Counted from the stretch's first letter, positions 11,030-21,530 are shown. The stretch is DNA of 64,000 nucleotides from Candidatus Bathyarchaeota archaeon (GCA_963767735.1 CAVYES010000007.1:321254-385253); one strand, 5' to 3'. Numbers and translations: made by a program. The notes: generated from the letters alone by a model not told the origin.

Positions 11030-11347
11030 TCAGTAGTCTTCCATTTGGTAGAGGCCGAGATCGATGTTCAAAGGTTTTTCTGGTCCATGGGAATCTTCTA
11101 AGTCATAGAGGCACTGGGTAGCTTTCTCCAGTCTGCTTGTTCTTTTAACGGGCATTTTATTTTTAACCATCCTGGTGTTCATTTTGTTTTTTGGTTTACG
11201 AACTATGTGGGAGCCTCCAATCACCATTGAGTTGTCGATGATTTTTGGTGCAATCTCAACTTTTGCATCCTCGATGGTAAATGGAGCCTTTAGCGTTTCA
11301 TCTTGTAAATGTTTAGTCAACGCCTTTGCGCCTCCATACCTCGGCAC
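11030..11347 (-). CDS. Hypothetical protein (105 aa)
   Basis: GTG-start ORF with a TATA-like ATATATAAAA about 80 bp upstream on the minus strand; no motif. Confidence 0.55.
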   Translation of the reverse strand: MPRYGGAKALTKHLQDETLKAPFTIEDAKVEIAPKIIDNSMVIGGSHIVRKPKNKMNTRMVKNKMPVKRTSRLEKATQCLYDLEDSHGPEKPLNIDLGLYQMEDY

Positions 11348-11683
11348 TGATTAAGTCTCGAATTGCTACCCTTATGGCTTCGGCACGGTTAGGGTAGAAT
11401 CTTTCGTCTACCAGCTGGTCCAAAGCTTTTATATATGTTTCAGGCAGATACAGAGTGATCAATTTCATTTAGTTACCTCTCCCGATTTAGTGAGTGAATA
11501 CACACACTGGTATTTGTTTTAGATATATATGCTTAATATGCTACAAATATGCTTATAACATGTTCATGCCACAGCTTATAAGCGTTCAATAGGCAAGGAT
11601 GCAGGTTTCTGTCTATTTCAGCTCAGCAACCTTTAAGTTTTTATCTCTTGTTGAAACATCTAACATGCTGGTGTACATGGTCA

Positions 11684-12967
11684 ATGCAGGTTTTCGTTAA
11701 AAGCTTCGGCTGCTCAGCCAATACAGCTGATAGCGAGGTCTTAGCAGGCTGCCTAGCACACGCAGGCTTCAAACTGGCAGCTTCAGAATCAGAAGCTGAC
11801 ATTTTAATCTACAATACCTGCGCCGTGAAAGGCCCAACCGAAAACCGAATCATCTACGCCATGAAGCAAGCACCAAAAGGCAAAAAACTCATTGTCGCAG
11901 GCTGTTTACCCATTATTAGTTTTGAGAGACTACTGCATGAAGTGCATTTTGACGGCGCAGTTGGTCCTTCGATAGGCAGCGGAATCGTTGATGTTGTTTC
12001 CCGTGTTTTAGCTGGAGAAAAAGTCGTGGAACTAACAAGTTTGAATTGTAAGCCGAAACTTGATTTGCCAAAAGTGAAGTCCAACCCATTAATCAGTGTT
12101 GTTCCGGTGAATTATGGTTGTTTAGGCTCGTGCGCTTATTGCTGTGTTGTTTTTGCGCGTGGCCACCTGAGGAGCTACGGCATAAGAGAAGTGGTTGAAC
12201 GCGTAGAAAGCGACCTTGCCTCGGGCGCAAAAGAGTTTTGGGTAACCTCGCAAGATACGGCCTGTTATGGACGAGATTTACAAAGTAACCTTGCAGATTT
12301 GCTACTGGAGCTTGGTGGTTTAGCTGGCGATTTTAAGGTTCGAGTTGGCATGATGACGCCAAACCTGGTAATTGACATGCAGGATAAGCTGATTGATGCT
12401 TTTGGAAGCAACAAGATTTTCAAGTTTGTGCATTTGCCAGTTCAAAGCGGCGATAACGGCACATTAAAGCGTATGCGAAGATTTTACACCGCCGACCAAT
12501 TCAAGGGCATTGTAGATGCGTTTCGGACAAAGTTTCCTGATTTGACGCTTGCCACAGACGTCATCGTGGGTTTTCCAGGCGAAACAACCGAAGATTTTGA
12601 GAACACTCTTAAGCTTTTGGAGGACGTTAAGCCAGATGTGGTTAATATTTCGAAGTTTTTTGCCAGACCAAAAACAGCAGCAGCTCAAATCCAAGATGGT
12701 TTGGTTGAGCGAGAGGAGATTAAGCGTAGAAGCACAGTTTCGGCTCAGTTGGCTAAGAGGATTTCTTTGGAGCGGAATCAACGTTGGGTGGGCTGGGTTG
12801 GCGAAGTGCTTGTTGATGAGGAGGGAAAAGTGGAGGGGTCATGGGTTGGACGCAACTTTGCCTACAAACCAGTCGCCGTAAAAAGCAAAGATAACTTGTT
12901 GGGAAAAACGGTGAGGGTTAAGGTCGTGGAGGCTTCAACTACTTATCTTAAGGGAACAATCGTTTGA
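11684..12967 (+). CDS. tRNA t6A37 methylthiotransferase (MiaB/MtaB-like radical SAM, TRAM domain)
   Basis: SFGCSAN, NTCAVK, VAGC, GCLGSCAYC (CxxxCxxC), HLPVQSG, C-terminal TRAM. Confidence 0.9.
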   Translation: MQVFVKSFGCSANTADSEVLAGCLAHAGFKLAASESEADILIYNTCAVKGPTENRIIYAMKQAPKGKKLIVAGCLPIISFERLLHEVHFDGAVGPSIGSGIVDVVSRVLAGEKVVELTSLNCKPKLDLPKVKSNPLISVVPVNYGCLGSCAYCCVVFARGHLRSYGIREVVERVESDLASGAKEFWVTSQDTACYGRDLQSNLADLLLELGGLAGDFKVRVGMMTPNLVIDMQDKLIDAFGSNKIFKFVHLPVQSGDNGTLKRMRRFYTADQFKGIVDAFRTKFPDLTLATDVIVGFPGETTEDFENTLKLLEDVKPDVVNISKFFARPKTAAAQIQDGLVEREEIKRRSTVSAQLAKRISLERNQRWVGWVGEVLVDEEGKVEGSWVGRNFAYKPVAVKSKDNLLGKTVRVKVVEASTTYLKGTIV

Positions 12968-13027
12968 AACTAAGTTCATCCAGAATTTTTATATGCGCCC
13001 TTCTCCCTTAAAGTGGTTGGGAATTGT

Positions 13028-13252
13028 ATGCGAGACTTCGACGTAGTGCTTCTGGAAGATGAAACAGGCGGATACGTAGCTATAGTGCCGGCTCTGCCAG
13101 GATGCCACACGCAAGGAGACACGTTGGCGGAAGTTATGGAAAACGCGAAAGAAGCCATAGACCTCTACTGGGAAACTTTAAGTGCGCAAGAGAAAAAAGA
13201 CCTGTTAAAAGAAAGAGTCGTAGGCATACAAAAAGTGAAAGCACTTGCCTAA
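13028..13252 (+). CDS. hicB: HicB-family antitoxin
   Basis: EDETGGYVAIVPALPGCHTQGDTLAEVMENAKEAI. Confidence 0.9.
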   Translation: MRDFDVVLLEDETGGYVAIVPALPGCHTQGDTLAEVMENAKEAIDLYWETLSAQEKKDLLKERVVGIQKVKALA

Positions 13253-13477
13253 AATTCCTCCTGTAAATTCTAATCGCTTAATTAAAGTCTTAGAAAAGGA
13301 AGGATTCAAGGTTATCCGACAAAAAGGATCTCACGCCATTCTTATTAATGAAGAAAAAACTAGAATAGTGGTCCCATACATCCTGGAAAAGAAATTAAAC
13401 CTGCATTATGCAGGGCAATACTCAGAGAAGCTGGTATAAATCGCGAGAAATTCTTTAAACTGTTAACGGAGAAATAA
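13245..13477 (+). pseudogene. hicA: HicA-family toxin, frameshifted near 13374
   Basis: GFKVIRQKGSH...VVP; another frame continues IHPGKEIKPALCRAILREAGINREKF to TAA 13477. One base is missing in GTCCCATA. Confidence 0.8.
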
Positions 13478-13481
13478 TGAC

Positions 13482-14897
13482 ATGGAACCAAGAATTTACT
13501 TTTTTAACACGTTAACGCGTAAGAAAGAAGTTTTTATTCCGTTGGAAACGGGCAAAGTGAAAATGTACACTTGCGGCCCGACAGTTTATGATTATGCTCA
13601 TATCGGGAATTTTCGGGCTTTTTTGTTTGAGGATTTATTGAAGCGTTGGCTTTTGTACCGAGGCTTCAAAGTTACGCATGTAATGAACCTAACCGATATC
13701 GATGACAAAACCATCAAGGGCAGCCAAACACAACAAATACCTCTCAAGCAGTACACGGATTTCTATGTGAAAGCGTTTTTCGAAGACACCAAAGCCTTAA
13801 ACATCCAACCAGCCGACGTTTACCCCCGAGCCACTGAGCATATTTCAGAAATGGTTGCGTTAATCAAGACTTTGATGGCTAAAGGCTTCGGTTACCGAGG
13901 AGAAGATGGCTCAATCTACTTTGCTGTATGCAAGTTTCCGGACTATGGTAAACTTTCAAAAATCAAAATCGCTGATCTTAAGGCAGGTGCTAGAGTATGC
14001 CAAGACGAGTATACTAAAGAAGAAGCTCAAGATTTTGCTCTTTGGAAGACTTGGACGCCTGAAGACGGCGATGTGTTTTGGGAGACGGAGCTTGGCAAAG
14101 GCAGACCGGGTTGGCATATAGAATGTAGCGCCATGAGCATGAAGTATCTTGGCGAAACCTTTGATATTCACTGCGGCGGGGTGGATAACATGTTTCCGCA
14201 TCATGAGAACGAGATTGCGCAAAGCGAAGCAGCCACGGGCAAGAAGTTTGTAAATTACTGGTTGCACAACGAGCATTTGCAGGTTGAAGGCAAAAAAATG
14301 TCTAAGCGCTTTGGCAACTTTTACACGCTCCGAGACCTCTTAGCCAAAGGTTATGATCCGATCACGATTAGGTACCTGCTTACGTCTACTCATTATCGGC
14401 AGCAGTTCAACTTCACTTTTGAAGGCTTAGAATCCGCGAAAAGCGCAATTGACAGGTTGAAGAATTTTGTTCGACGCTTGCATGAAACAGACGGCAAAGA
14501 TAGCAAGGGAAAAGTTGCCGCTTTTACTGAAAAACTTGAGACGTGCTTCGGCGGATCCATGGATGAAGACTTGGACATTGGAACGGCTTTGGCGTCCTTG
14601 TTCGATTTCGTACGGGAAATAAACAGTCTACTTGACGCAAACACCGTAAGCAAGACAGAAGCATCAGATGTTGGCGGTTTAATGATGCGGATAGATGAAA
14701 TCTTAGGTGTTATCGGCAAAGTTGAAGTGGAAGAAACCTTGCCAGCGGACATCGACGCATTAGTGCAGAAGCGTGAGGAAGCCCGAAAAGCCAAAAACTG
14801 GAAAGAGGCCGACGCGATAAGAGCACAGCTCAAAGCATTGGGCATCGTTCTTGAGGATACAGCGCAAGGCGTAAGGTGGCATAAAGAAAAAGCTTAG
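13482..14897 (+). CDS. cysS: Cysteine--tRNA ligase
   Basis: YTCGPTVYDYAHIGN, GRPGWHIECSAM, FPHHENE, KMSK. Confidence 0.98.
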   Translation: MEPRIYFFNTLTRKKEVFIPLETGKVKMYTCGPTVYDYAHIGNFRAFLFEDLLKRWLLYRGFKVTHVMNLTDIDDKTIKGSQTQQIPLKQYTDFYVKAFFEDTKALNIQPADVYPRATEHISEMVALIKTLMAKGFGYRGEDGSIYFAVCKFPDYGKLSKIKIADLKAGARVCQDEYTKEEAQDFALWKTWTPEDGDVFWETELGKGRPGWHIECSAMSMKYLGETFDIHCGGVDNMFPHHENEIAQSEAATGKKFVNYWLHNEHLQVEGKKMSKRFGNFYTLRDLLAKGYDPITIRYLLTSTHYRQQFNFTFEGLESAKSAIDRLKNFVRRLHETDGKDSKGKVAAFTEKLETCFGGSMDEDLDIGTALASLFDFVREINSLLDANTVSKTEASDVGGLMMRIDEILGVIGKVEVEETLPADIDALVQKREEARKAKNWKEADAIRAQLKALGIVLEDTAQGVRWHKEKA

Positions 14898-15679
14898 CTG
14901 GTTTTGCCCGCAAAATTCCATTCGGAGGTAGCGTACTTTTCTTTGCAAAGCTTATTCGCAAGCTCCACCTCGCAAGCGGTTAACTCTCCGGGCTCAAGCT
15001 GAATCTTCAGCATTGCTTTAAACCCCTGTTCCAGCGCGGTAGCTACTGTTTCAGGCATGACGGCGTGGCCTAGTTCGTTTTGGATGCTTGTGATTTTTCG
15101 TTTGCCGATGTCTACGGCTTGGCTGCAACTTGCGTTTTTTAGTTTTAGAAGTTGGAACATTTTTGGTAAATCAACACTCCGCAACACTGTGCCATGCTGC
15201 AAAACGATGCCATGGGTGATGGTTTGGCTGCTGCCTGAGATTTTTTTGCCATTAACGGTCATGTTTGGGCAGTTTTTGGAGTCGCCGCTGCTGAAGTCGG
15301 CGGTTATCCCTAAAAGCCTAAGCGCATCCTTTATCGCCTCATAAATCTTGGAGTAAACAATGGTGATGTCTGCAGTGCCTATGTCTGTTGTTTTGGCAAT
15401 TACGCCATAAGTGACTTCGCCCTCAAAATCGTGGTAAACGGTTCCTCCGCCGCTAATCCGCCGAACCATATCAACACCTAACCGTTTGCAAGCATCCAGG
15501 TAAACCTCAGCTTCAGGATTCTGGTTCTTGCCAACGCTTACGGCGGATGGCTGCCAACGATAAAACCTAAGCGTATTCGGAACCTGCCCAGCTATTCGCG
15601 CAGTTAAAATTGCCTCATCAACTGCCATGTTCATGGAAGCATTGTTGGTTTCAAGGGGGAGTAAACGCCAAGTATCCAT
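14894..15679 (-). CDS. Lipoate-protein ligase A family protein
   Basis: NMAVDEA, RRISGGGTVYHD, KKISGSSQ, LQHGT. Confidence 0.9.
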   Translation of the reverse strand: MDTWRLLPLETNNASMNMAVDEAILTARIAGQVPNTLRFYRWQPSAVSVGKNQNPEAEVYLDACKRLGVDMVRRISGGGTVYHDFEGEVTYGVIAKTTDIGTADITIVYSKIYEAIKDALRLLGITADFSSGDSKNCPNMTVNGKKISGSSQTITHGIVLQHGTVLRSVDLPKMFQLLKLKNASCSQAVDIGKRKITSIQNELGHAVMPETVATALEQGFKAMLKIQLEPGELTACEVELANKLCKEKYATSEWNFAGKTS

Positions 15680-15799
15680 ACGATTCAATCCTTTTCTTAT
15701 GGAAATTTGAGTTGCGCTTAAAACTGTTATGCAAATGACGATGCAGTGAAGATATATTCATATGCGAGTTTTTAAACAAGTAAATGTTGGGATTATAGA

Positions 15800-15862
15800 A
15801 TGGTTGCTCGCAAATTCACCGTTTTACTGGAGCCTGCAGAAGAAGGCGGACTGAAATTATGA
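15800..15862 (+). pseudogene. HicB-like N-terminal stub
   Basis: MVARKFTVLLEPAEEGG then stop; matches the HicB start seen at 13028. Confidence 0.55.
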
Positions 15863-16261
15863 ACAAAATCTATCTATTGTTAGTTATAGATGACTGTAGA
15901 GACATTGACCTTGAAGAGTATTCCAAAACAGGGCATGTACACCGTATTAAAGGACCCATAAAAGGCTGGATATTAAATGAGGAAATAGGAATTGACACTA
16001 TTAGCGGTTTCAAATTGACCGAAGAAGAAGCTAAAAGTTGGGCAGTGGAAAGATGCAAACTTGGCGAAGAATTAACCCGACAAACCCGTTTCTGAAAAAA
16101 TTGTTCCTTTTGAAAAACTAATCTATATTGACCATCAAACCGTTCTGGTTGAACCTGACAGATGGGAAAAACATGTTAAATTCAAAGGATACAGAAGAGA
16201 AGATTGTGAACTGCCTGTGTTTGGCTATATAGAACTACTTGAACGGCCAGAAAAACAATGA
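15859..16261 (+). pseudogene. Hypothetical protein split by a frameshift near 16076
   Basis: The 78-aa ORF is followed by a second open frame PDKPVSEKIVPFEKLIYIDHQ...LERPEKQ* ending at 16261. Confidence 0.45.
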
Positions 16262-16590
16262 ACAAAGACAATAGAACATAATTCCGTTCTTCTTGTTGCG
16301 ATTTCCAATAGCAAGTTTCTGAGTTCTAGTAAAAAGAATAGAAGGATGTCACAACATATTGGGCACTCAAGTGGAAGCTTCTTTTGCTGATAGATTTGTT
16401 CAACTGTGCATGTGAAGCAGAAAAATTACACGTGTAATAATTTAAACTAAAACTTAAACGAATCCCTCGTCAAAAACCAAACTAAATAAGTCAAACGGAT
16501 ATCGATAACTTGAAGCATTATTTTTGCTTTAAGCTTCACTCAAGCGTTCCACCGCATATAGGACATTTCAATGGAAGTTTGTTTTGTATT

Positions 16591-16821
16591 CTATTGAGAC
16601 GCCCTTCGCCAGCGAAGTTGAATATGTACTCTCTTGATGTAGCCCTGTTTTTCTAATGAAATTAAGCTGCGGTGAACTGAAGAATATTCCGGTGATTTGT
16701 ACTCTACAATTTTGCCAAAAATCATCTCGGCAATTTCCTTGGTTGTCATGTCAGGTTTTATCTCTAGTATTTCCAAAATTCGTTTTTGGTTTTTAGAGAG
16801 ACCAGCCAAATCCTGCATCAC
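16591..16821 (-). CDS. Small winged helix-turn-helix protein
   Basis: LSKNQKRILEIL...MTTKEIAE...SVHRSLISLEKQGYIKR pattern. Confidence 0.75.
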   Translation of the reverse strand: MMQDLAGLSKNQKRILEILEIKPDMTTKEIAEMIFGKIVEYKSPEYSSVHRSLISLEKQGYIKRVHIQLRWRRASQ

Positions 16822-16990
16822 TCTTTTGAGAGCTTAAATTGTTCTATCAAAATTAAATCTTTAACCAGCGCTATAACCGCAGTTCTGATAGATAGAATAT
16901 ATCAAGACATGAAATATAAGTTAAGTCAATAAAAAAGGGAAACACTTGAAAATCCGCACTTCTTAAGAAAATGTGACTATCAAATTTTCG

Positions 16991-17112
16991 TTACTTTCCT
17001 TTACGTTTTATTACTTTTCCTTACGTTTCCTTACTTTCTGTTACTTTTCCTTACTCAACCTGCAAACGTTTCAAAGCCTAAACGAAAAAACCAACCCAAA
17101 ATAACCAGAACA
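16991..17112 (+). repeat. Element family A, copy A1: 7 x 10-bp TTAC-core units plus CAACC/36-bp/CAACC anchor
   Basis: TTAC at 16991, 17001 ... 17051; CAACCTGCAAAC at 17056; second CAACC at 17092. Confidence 0.9.
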
Positions 17113-17170
17113 GTCAGGCAGCACTTACAAATGTTATATCCTCTTCAAAAAGGCGCAAAAGGACACAGAA

Positions 17171-17333
17171 ATACATTCTGCTACACTTCGCTACGTTCTG
17201 CTACATTTGTGTACGCAATTATTTGCGATTAAACGCGATTATTCTCGATTATTTGCGATTATTCTAGATTCAACCTGCAAGCAATTTAAGCCCCAAACAA
17301 AAAAAACAACCCAAAACACAAATTTTCCGCAAG
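17171..17333 (+). repeat. Element family A, copy A2: 5 TAC-core units, then 5 GATT-core units, plus anchor
   Basis: TAC at 17172-17212, GATT at 17227-17267, CAACCTGCAAGC at 17271, second CAACC at 17307. Confidence 0.9.
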
Positions 17334-17437
17334 ACACTCCCTATCTACTTTTTGTTGACGCAATCAGACACAAAAAGAGCAAATAATAAAGCCTTAAAAC
17401 CTGAGTCTGCATTCTAAAAGGAAAAGAGGCAAAGTAA

Positions 17438-18319
17438 TTGAAGGTTATCTGTGGTCCAGCGTCTAAGGAGCTTGCTGAAGCTGTTTCAGCTCTGACTGGC
17501 TTCCAAAACATTCCTGTTGCATCAAAGGTTTTTCCTGACGGCGAATCATATGTCCGTTTAGAAGGCAGCGTACAAAGCGAAAACGTCGCAATTGTGCAGA
17601 CAACATGTCCCCCTCAGCAGGATGGGCGGCTTTTTCAGTTAGCGTTCATGGCTGACGCGGCAAAGAGAGGCGGCGCCGTCAAAGTAACCGCGGTCGTCCC
17701 GTACCTGGCTTATGCACGTCAAGACAAGATGTTTCTATCAGGCGAAGGCATAAGCGTAGAAACCGTCGCACGCATGCTCAAAGCCGCGGGAATCGACGAG
17801 TTATTAACCATTAACATTCACTCGGAGCAGGCGCTGGAGCAGTTTCCGTTTCCATCCAAAACAGTGAGCGCCATACCGCTTTTGGCAAAGTATTTTGTGG
17901 ACAAGGGCTTCAAAGGCGCCTTCGCATTGTCGCCTGACAAGGGTGCAATGTACATTGCTAAGCAAGCACAGGAGGTTCTTGGCGGCAAGGCTGGGCATCT
18001 GGATAAGCAGCGTGACCGCTACAATGGACAAACCAAACAGACCGCTGAAGGCTTAAACGTTAAAGACCAAACCGTAATCATCTTCGACGATATCGTCAGC
18101 ACAGGCGGCACGATTGTGGGAGCGGCAAAAATCCTTCGCGAACAGGGCGCTAAACATGTTTTCTGCGCTTGCGTGCACGGCTTGCTCATTGGCGACGCAC
18201 AAAAACGTATCCTTGATGCGGGCGTAGAGGAAATCGTAGGCACCGACAGCGTCCCTGGCAGTGTGAGCAAGGTTTCGTTGGCGCCGGTGTTAAGCCAAGA
18301 ACTAAGGGCGCAAAAATAG
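17438..18319 (+). CDS. prs: Ribose-phosphate pyrophosphokinase
   Basis: FPDGESYVR, PYLAYARQD, SPDKGA, IFDDIVSTGGT. Confidence 0.97.
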   Translation: MKVICGPASKELAEAVSALTGFQNIPVASKVFPDGESYVRLEGSVQSENVAIVQTTCPPQQDGRLFQLAFMADAAKRGGAVKVTAVVPYLAYARQDKMFLSGEGISVETVARMLKAAGIDELLTINIHSEQALEQFPFPSKTVSAIPLLAKYFVDKGFKGAFALSPDKGAMYIAKQAQEVLGGKAGHLDKQRDRYNGQTKQTAEGLNVKDQTVIIFDDIVSTGGTIVGAAKILREQGAKHVFCACVHGLLIGDAQKRILDAGVEEIVGTDSVPGSVSKVSLAPVLSQELRAQK

Positions 18320-19368
18320 TGGCAAAACTGTTTTTTCTTCTGTCAGGCGAAAACGAGTCGCTGCCTGCCGCTGAAGTTAAAGCGATACTGGAAGCCGAAG
18401 GCAACCCATACTCGAATGCAGAGGAGTTCGACCAGGTTCTGCGGTTAGACGCAGAAGTGGACAGCGTACAAGCCGTTCAAGTCCGTTCGGCGTACACGCG
18501 GGTTTGTGCACTGGAGCTTTTTGTTTCAAACGCGAACCTAACTGACATAGCTAAGGTGGCTTCCGAAACAGACTTCAAAGCAGTGCTTAAAGGCGGCGAA
18601 AGCTTTGCTGTGAGAATAAACCGCATAAAAAACTACGCTGACCAAGCTTTGAATACGATGGTGCTTGAAGGCAAACTGGGCAAGCAAATCCTAAATGGCA
18701 CCGAAGGCACAAAAGTCAGCCTCAAGAACCCAGATAAAACCTTTCTAGGCATAATCACAGACGAAAAACTTGTTTTAGGCTTAAAACTTACAGATATAAC
18801 CTCCAAAACCTTCTCGGAACGCAGACCCCGCAAAAAACCCTTCTTTCACCCATCTGCAATGCCCTCGAAGATGGCGCGTTGCATGGTGAACTTAGCGCAT
18901 GGAAAAGCCGAAGCATTGGTGCTTGACCCGTTTTGCGGCACTGGCACTTCGCTTATTGAAGCCGCCTACATTGGCTGCAGAGCTGTGGGTGTAGATGCTC
19001 AGAAACGAATGATTAAGGGTACTAGGAAAAACCTGCGTTTCTTCAACATAACTCCTGAAGGGCTGGTTTTGGCTGACGCACGCCACTTGCCCCTCATAAA
19101 GGTTGATTGTGTCGTTACTGACCCGCCTTATGGCCGCTCATCGAGCACGCTTAGGTCAACTACTAAGCAGCTGGTGCAAGATGTTTTGGTTTCAGCGCAT
19201 GACTTGTTGGGAGTGGGGCAACGGATTTGTATTGCCTCTCCTAAAACATTAAACATTAAAGCGTTAGGCGTTGCGTTGGGCTACAGGCATGTGGAGTCCC
19301 ATTTCGCCTACGTGCATAGAACGTTAACAAGGGAAATCGCAGTATTCGAGAAGGTGCAACAACGATGA
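18319..19368 (+). CDS. tRNA (guanine(10)-N2)-methyltransferase, Trm11/Trm-G10 type (THUMP plus MTase)
   Basis: RPRKKPFFHPS, LDPFCGTG, TDPPYG. Confidence 0.9.
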   Translation: MAKLFFLLSGENESLPAAEVKAILEAEGNPYSNAEEFDQVLRLDAEVDSVQAVQVRSAYTRVCALELFVSNANLTDIAKVASETDFKAVLKGGESFAVRINRIKNYADQALNTMVLEGKLGKQILNGTEGTKVSLKNPDKTFLGIITDEKLVLGLKLTDITSKTFSERRPRKKPFFHPSAMPSKMARCMVNLAHGKAEALVLDPFCGTGTSLIEAAYIGCRAVGVDAQKRMIKGTRKNLRFFNITPEGLVLADARHLPLIKVDCVVTDPPYGRSSSTLRSTTKQLVQDVLVSAHDLLGVGQRICIASPKTLNIKALGVALGYRHVESHFAYVHRTLTREIAVFEKVQQR

Positions 19369-20288
19369 GTATTCGTGTGGTGTTTTTGGGAACAAGCGGC
19401 AGCGTTCCAACCTTAAAGCGGAGCTTGCCATCCGTAGTTGTCCAATGCCCAAAGGAGCTATGGATGTTTGACTGCGGCGAAAATACACAGCGGCAAATGA
19501 TGCAGGCAAAAGTAAGCTTCCATAAAAAACTAAATGTTCTCCTCACTCACCTGCATGGAGACCACGTGTTGGGGTTGCCAGGCGTTTTGCAGACTATGGC
19601 ACTGATGGACCGCAAAGAGCCAGTCGCCGTTTATGGACCGCCCGGGATTAAGGATTTTCTGGTTTGCACTCAAGAAACCCTAAACTTCGGCTTAACCTTC
19701 CAAGTTGAAATCACCGAGATTCTAAGCGAGGGCACAATTATAGATGAAGAAGACTACACCCTAACAGCCGCCAAGTCTAACCATGCCGTGAACAGTTACG
19801 CCTACGCGTTTGAGGAAAAACCGCGTCCTGGAAAGTTTTACCCCAAAAAAGCCCAAGCACTCGGTGTTATCAAAGGTGAATTATGGTCCAAGCTTCAGAG
19901 CGGAGAAGAAATCACGCTGCCAGACGGCAGAGCAGTTAAGCCAGGCAACGTTATGGGGCCGCCTCGAGCTGGACGCAAAATAGTTTACACAGGCGACACC
20001 CGACCGTTCGAAGCGTTTGCAAAGTTTGCCGCAGACGCAGACCTGGTTATTCACGAGAGCACCTTTGACGATTCATTAGCTGAGAAAGCAGCATTAGATG
20101 GGCATTCAACGCCAAGCCAAGCGGCGCAGGAAGCGAAGGCATCTAATGCGAAACGGCTGGTTTTAACGCATATTAGCGCAAGGTATCCTGATGCAACTTT
20201 GCTTTTGGAGCAGGCCAAAAAAATCTTTGCTAATACCGTGGTTGCTGAGGATTTTATGGAGCTGGAACTGCCTCTTAACGAGAGCTAA
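19365..20288 (+). CDS. rnz: Ribonuclease Z
   Basis: FLGTSG, FDCGE, THLHGDH, exosite arm, HEST, GHST, THISARY. Confidence 0.97.
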   Translation: MSIRVVFLGTSGSVPTLKRSLPSVVVQCPKELWMFDCGENTQRQMMQAKVSFHKKLNVLLTHLHGDHVLGLPGVLQTMALMDRKEPVAVYGPPGIKDFLVCTQETLNFGLTFQVEITEILSEGTIIDEEDYTLTAAKSNHAVNSYAYAFEEKPRPGKFYPKKAQALGVIKGELWSKLQSGEEITLPDGRAVKPGNVMGPPRAGRKIVYTGDTRPFEAFAKFAADADLVIHESTFDDSLAEKAALDGHSTPSQAAQEAKASNAKRLVLTHISARYPDATLLLEQAKKIFANTVVAEDFMELELPLNES

Positions 20289-21067
20289 GCTAAGAGCTGT
20301 TTTAGTTTTTTGATGCTTTCGGGAACGTTTGTTGTGGATTCGATGATTACGGATTTGTCGTATCCCATTTTCTTTAAGGTTTCTGCGAACGAGTTATAGT
20401 CGATTTTGCCTTGGCCTATGCCGAGATGTTGATCGTCGGAGCCGTCGTTGTCGCTGGCATGGATGTGGACGATTTTGTCGGTTAGCAATTTGAAGAAGGG
20501 TTCAATTTGACCCTCCAGGTTAGCGTGCCCAATGTCCAAGACGATGCCGACAGGCAAGTTTGTTTCCCTGTAGAAACGAGCAAACTCTTCAGGTTTACTC
20601 ATAAAAAAATAGTATTTAGCCGGCAAATTCTCAAGCGCAATGTTTAAGCCATATTCTTCCGCCGACTCATAGAGCTCTTCTATGCTTTGGTTGTTTTGTT
20701 TCCAGTCGGCGCCAGGGTAGAATTGCCCGATGCCAGTTTTTGCTCCCGGATGAAAAACCCAAACCTTCGCATCCATTGCGGTGGCGAAAGCCATGGATTG
20801 CTTGAGCCGCTTCATTGAAGCAGCAAGCATGGATTTGGAGGGTGATGCAATGTTGATGTCGGCAAAAGGAGCGTGCAGAGAATACTCTAATTCGTAAGAT
20901 TTTGCGGCTTCCTTTAGGGTGGCAACGCGTTTTTTGTCAAGTTCATACGTCCCGTCATCTACAATTTCTATGGTCCGCGTATCCATACTGCCTAAACGTT
21001 TAACCATCCGATTGAACGGCTCACCTAGGCAATAAAGCATCGAAATGCCAACCTTAGCTTCGGACAT
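20285..21067 (-). CDS. Sugar phosphate isomerase/epimerase (xylose-isomerase-like TIM barrel)
   Basis: HAPFADINIAS, HPG, ENL, DIGHA, HIHASDNDG..DQH. Confidence 0.88.
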   Translation of the reverse strand: MSEAKVGISMLYCLGEPFNRMVKRLGSMDTRTIEIVDDGTYELDKKRVATLKEAAKSYELEYSLHAPFADINIASPSKSMLAASMKRLKQSMAFATAMDAKVWVFHPGAKTGIGQFYPGADWKQNNQSIEELYESAEEYGLNIALENLPAKYYFFMSKPEEFARFYRETNLPVGIVLDIGHANLEGQIEPFFKLLTDKIVHIHASDNDGSDDQHLGIGQGKIDYNSFAETLKKMGYDKSVIIESTTNVPESIKKLKQLLA

Positions 21068-21358
21068 ACAGCAACTGCCTCGTTTATTTGATTGATTCGT
21101 GGGTTTAGAGTTTAAAAACAGCTTAATAACTTAATTGGAATAAGCAAAAAGCGAATGCTACAAAAAATCTGCTCTTAATTGATAGATGAGCGTATTTACT
21201 TTTTCCAACGTTAACTAGGAATGAAAATGCGACGGTTTTTATTCATTTTTGAGTAAAAAAAATTGCTGAACAATAGAGTCTACAAGCTGACTTCATGTTC
21301 TTATGAGTCAGAGGCATAGGTGATTCCTGCTTTTGAATCTTGTACTTTAGGTTTTTTG

Positions 21359-21479
21359 GTCGAATTGGGTCGGAAAGAGTCGGAAGCAGTCGAAACAGGT
21401 CAGATACAGTCGAACAGAGTCGCAACCTGCAAACACCTTAAAGCCTAAAACAAAAAAGCAACCATAAACAACAAGAACA
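21359..21479 (+). repeat. Element family A, copy A3: 7 x 10-bp GTCG-core units plus anchor
   Basis: GTC(G/A) at 21359, 21369 ... 21419; CAACCTGCAAAC at 21423; second CAACC at 21459. Confidence 0.9.
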
Positions 21480-21530
21480 CACAGCGTCCGAAATAGCGGA
21501 TAATCGCTTGAAGGGTTTAAAGGAAATAAA

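Noticed and set aside
11366-11397. Hairpin CTACCCT...cTTCGg...AGGGTAG upstream of the 11030-11347 gene
   Set aside because: A single short stem with no recognisable riboswitch or ncRNA consensus; too weak to call.
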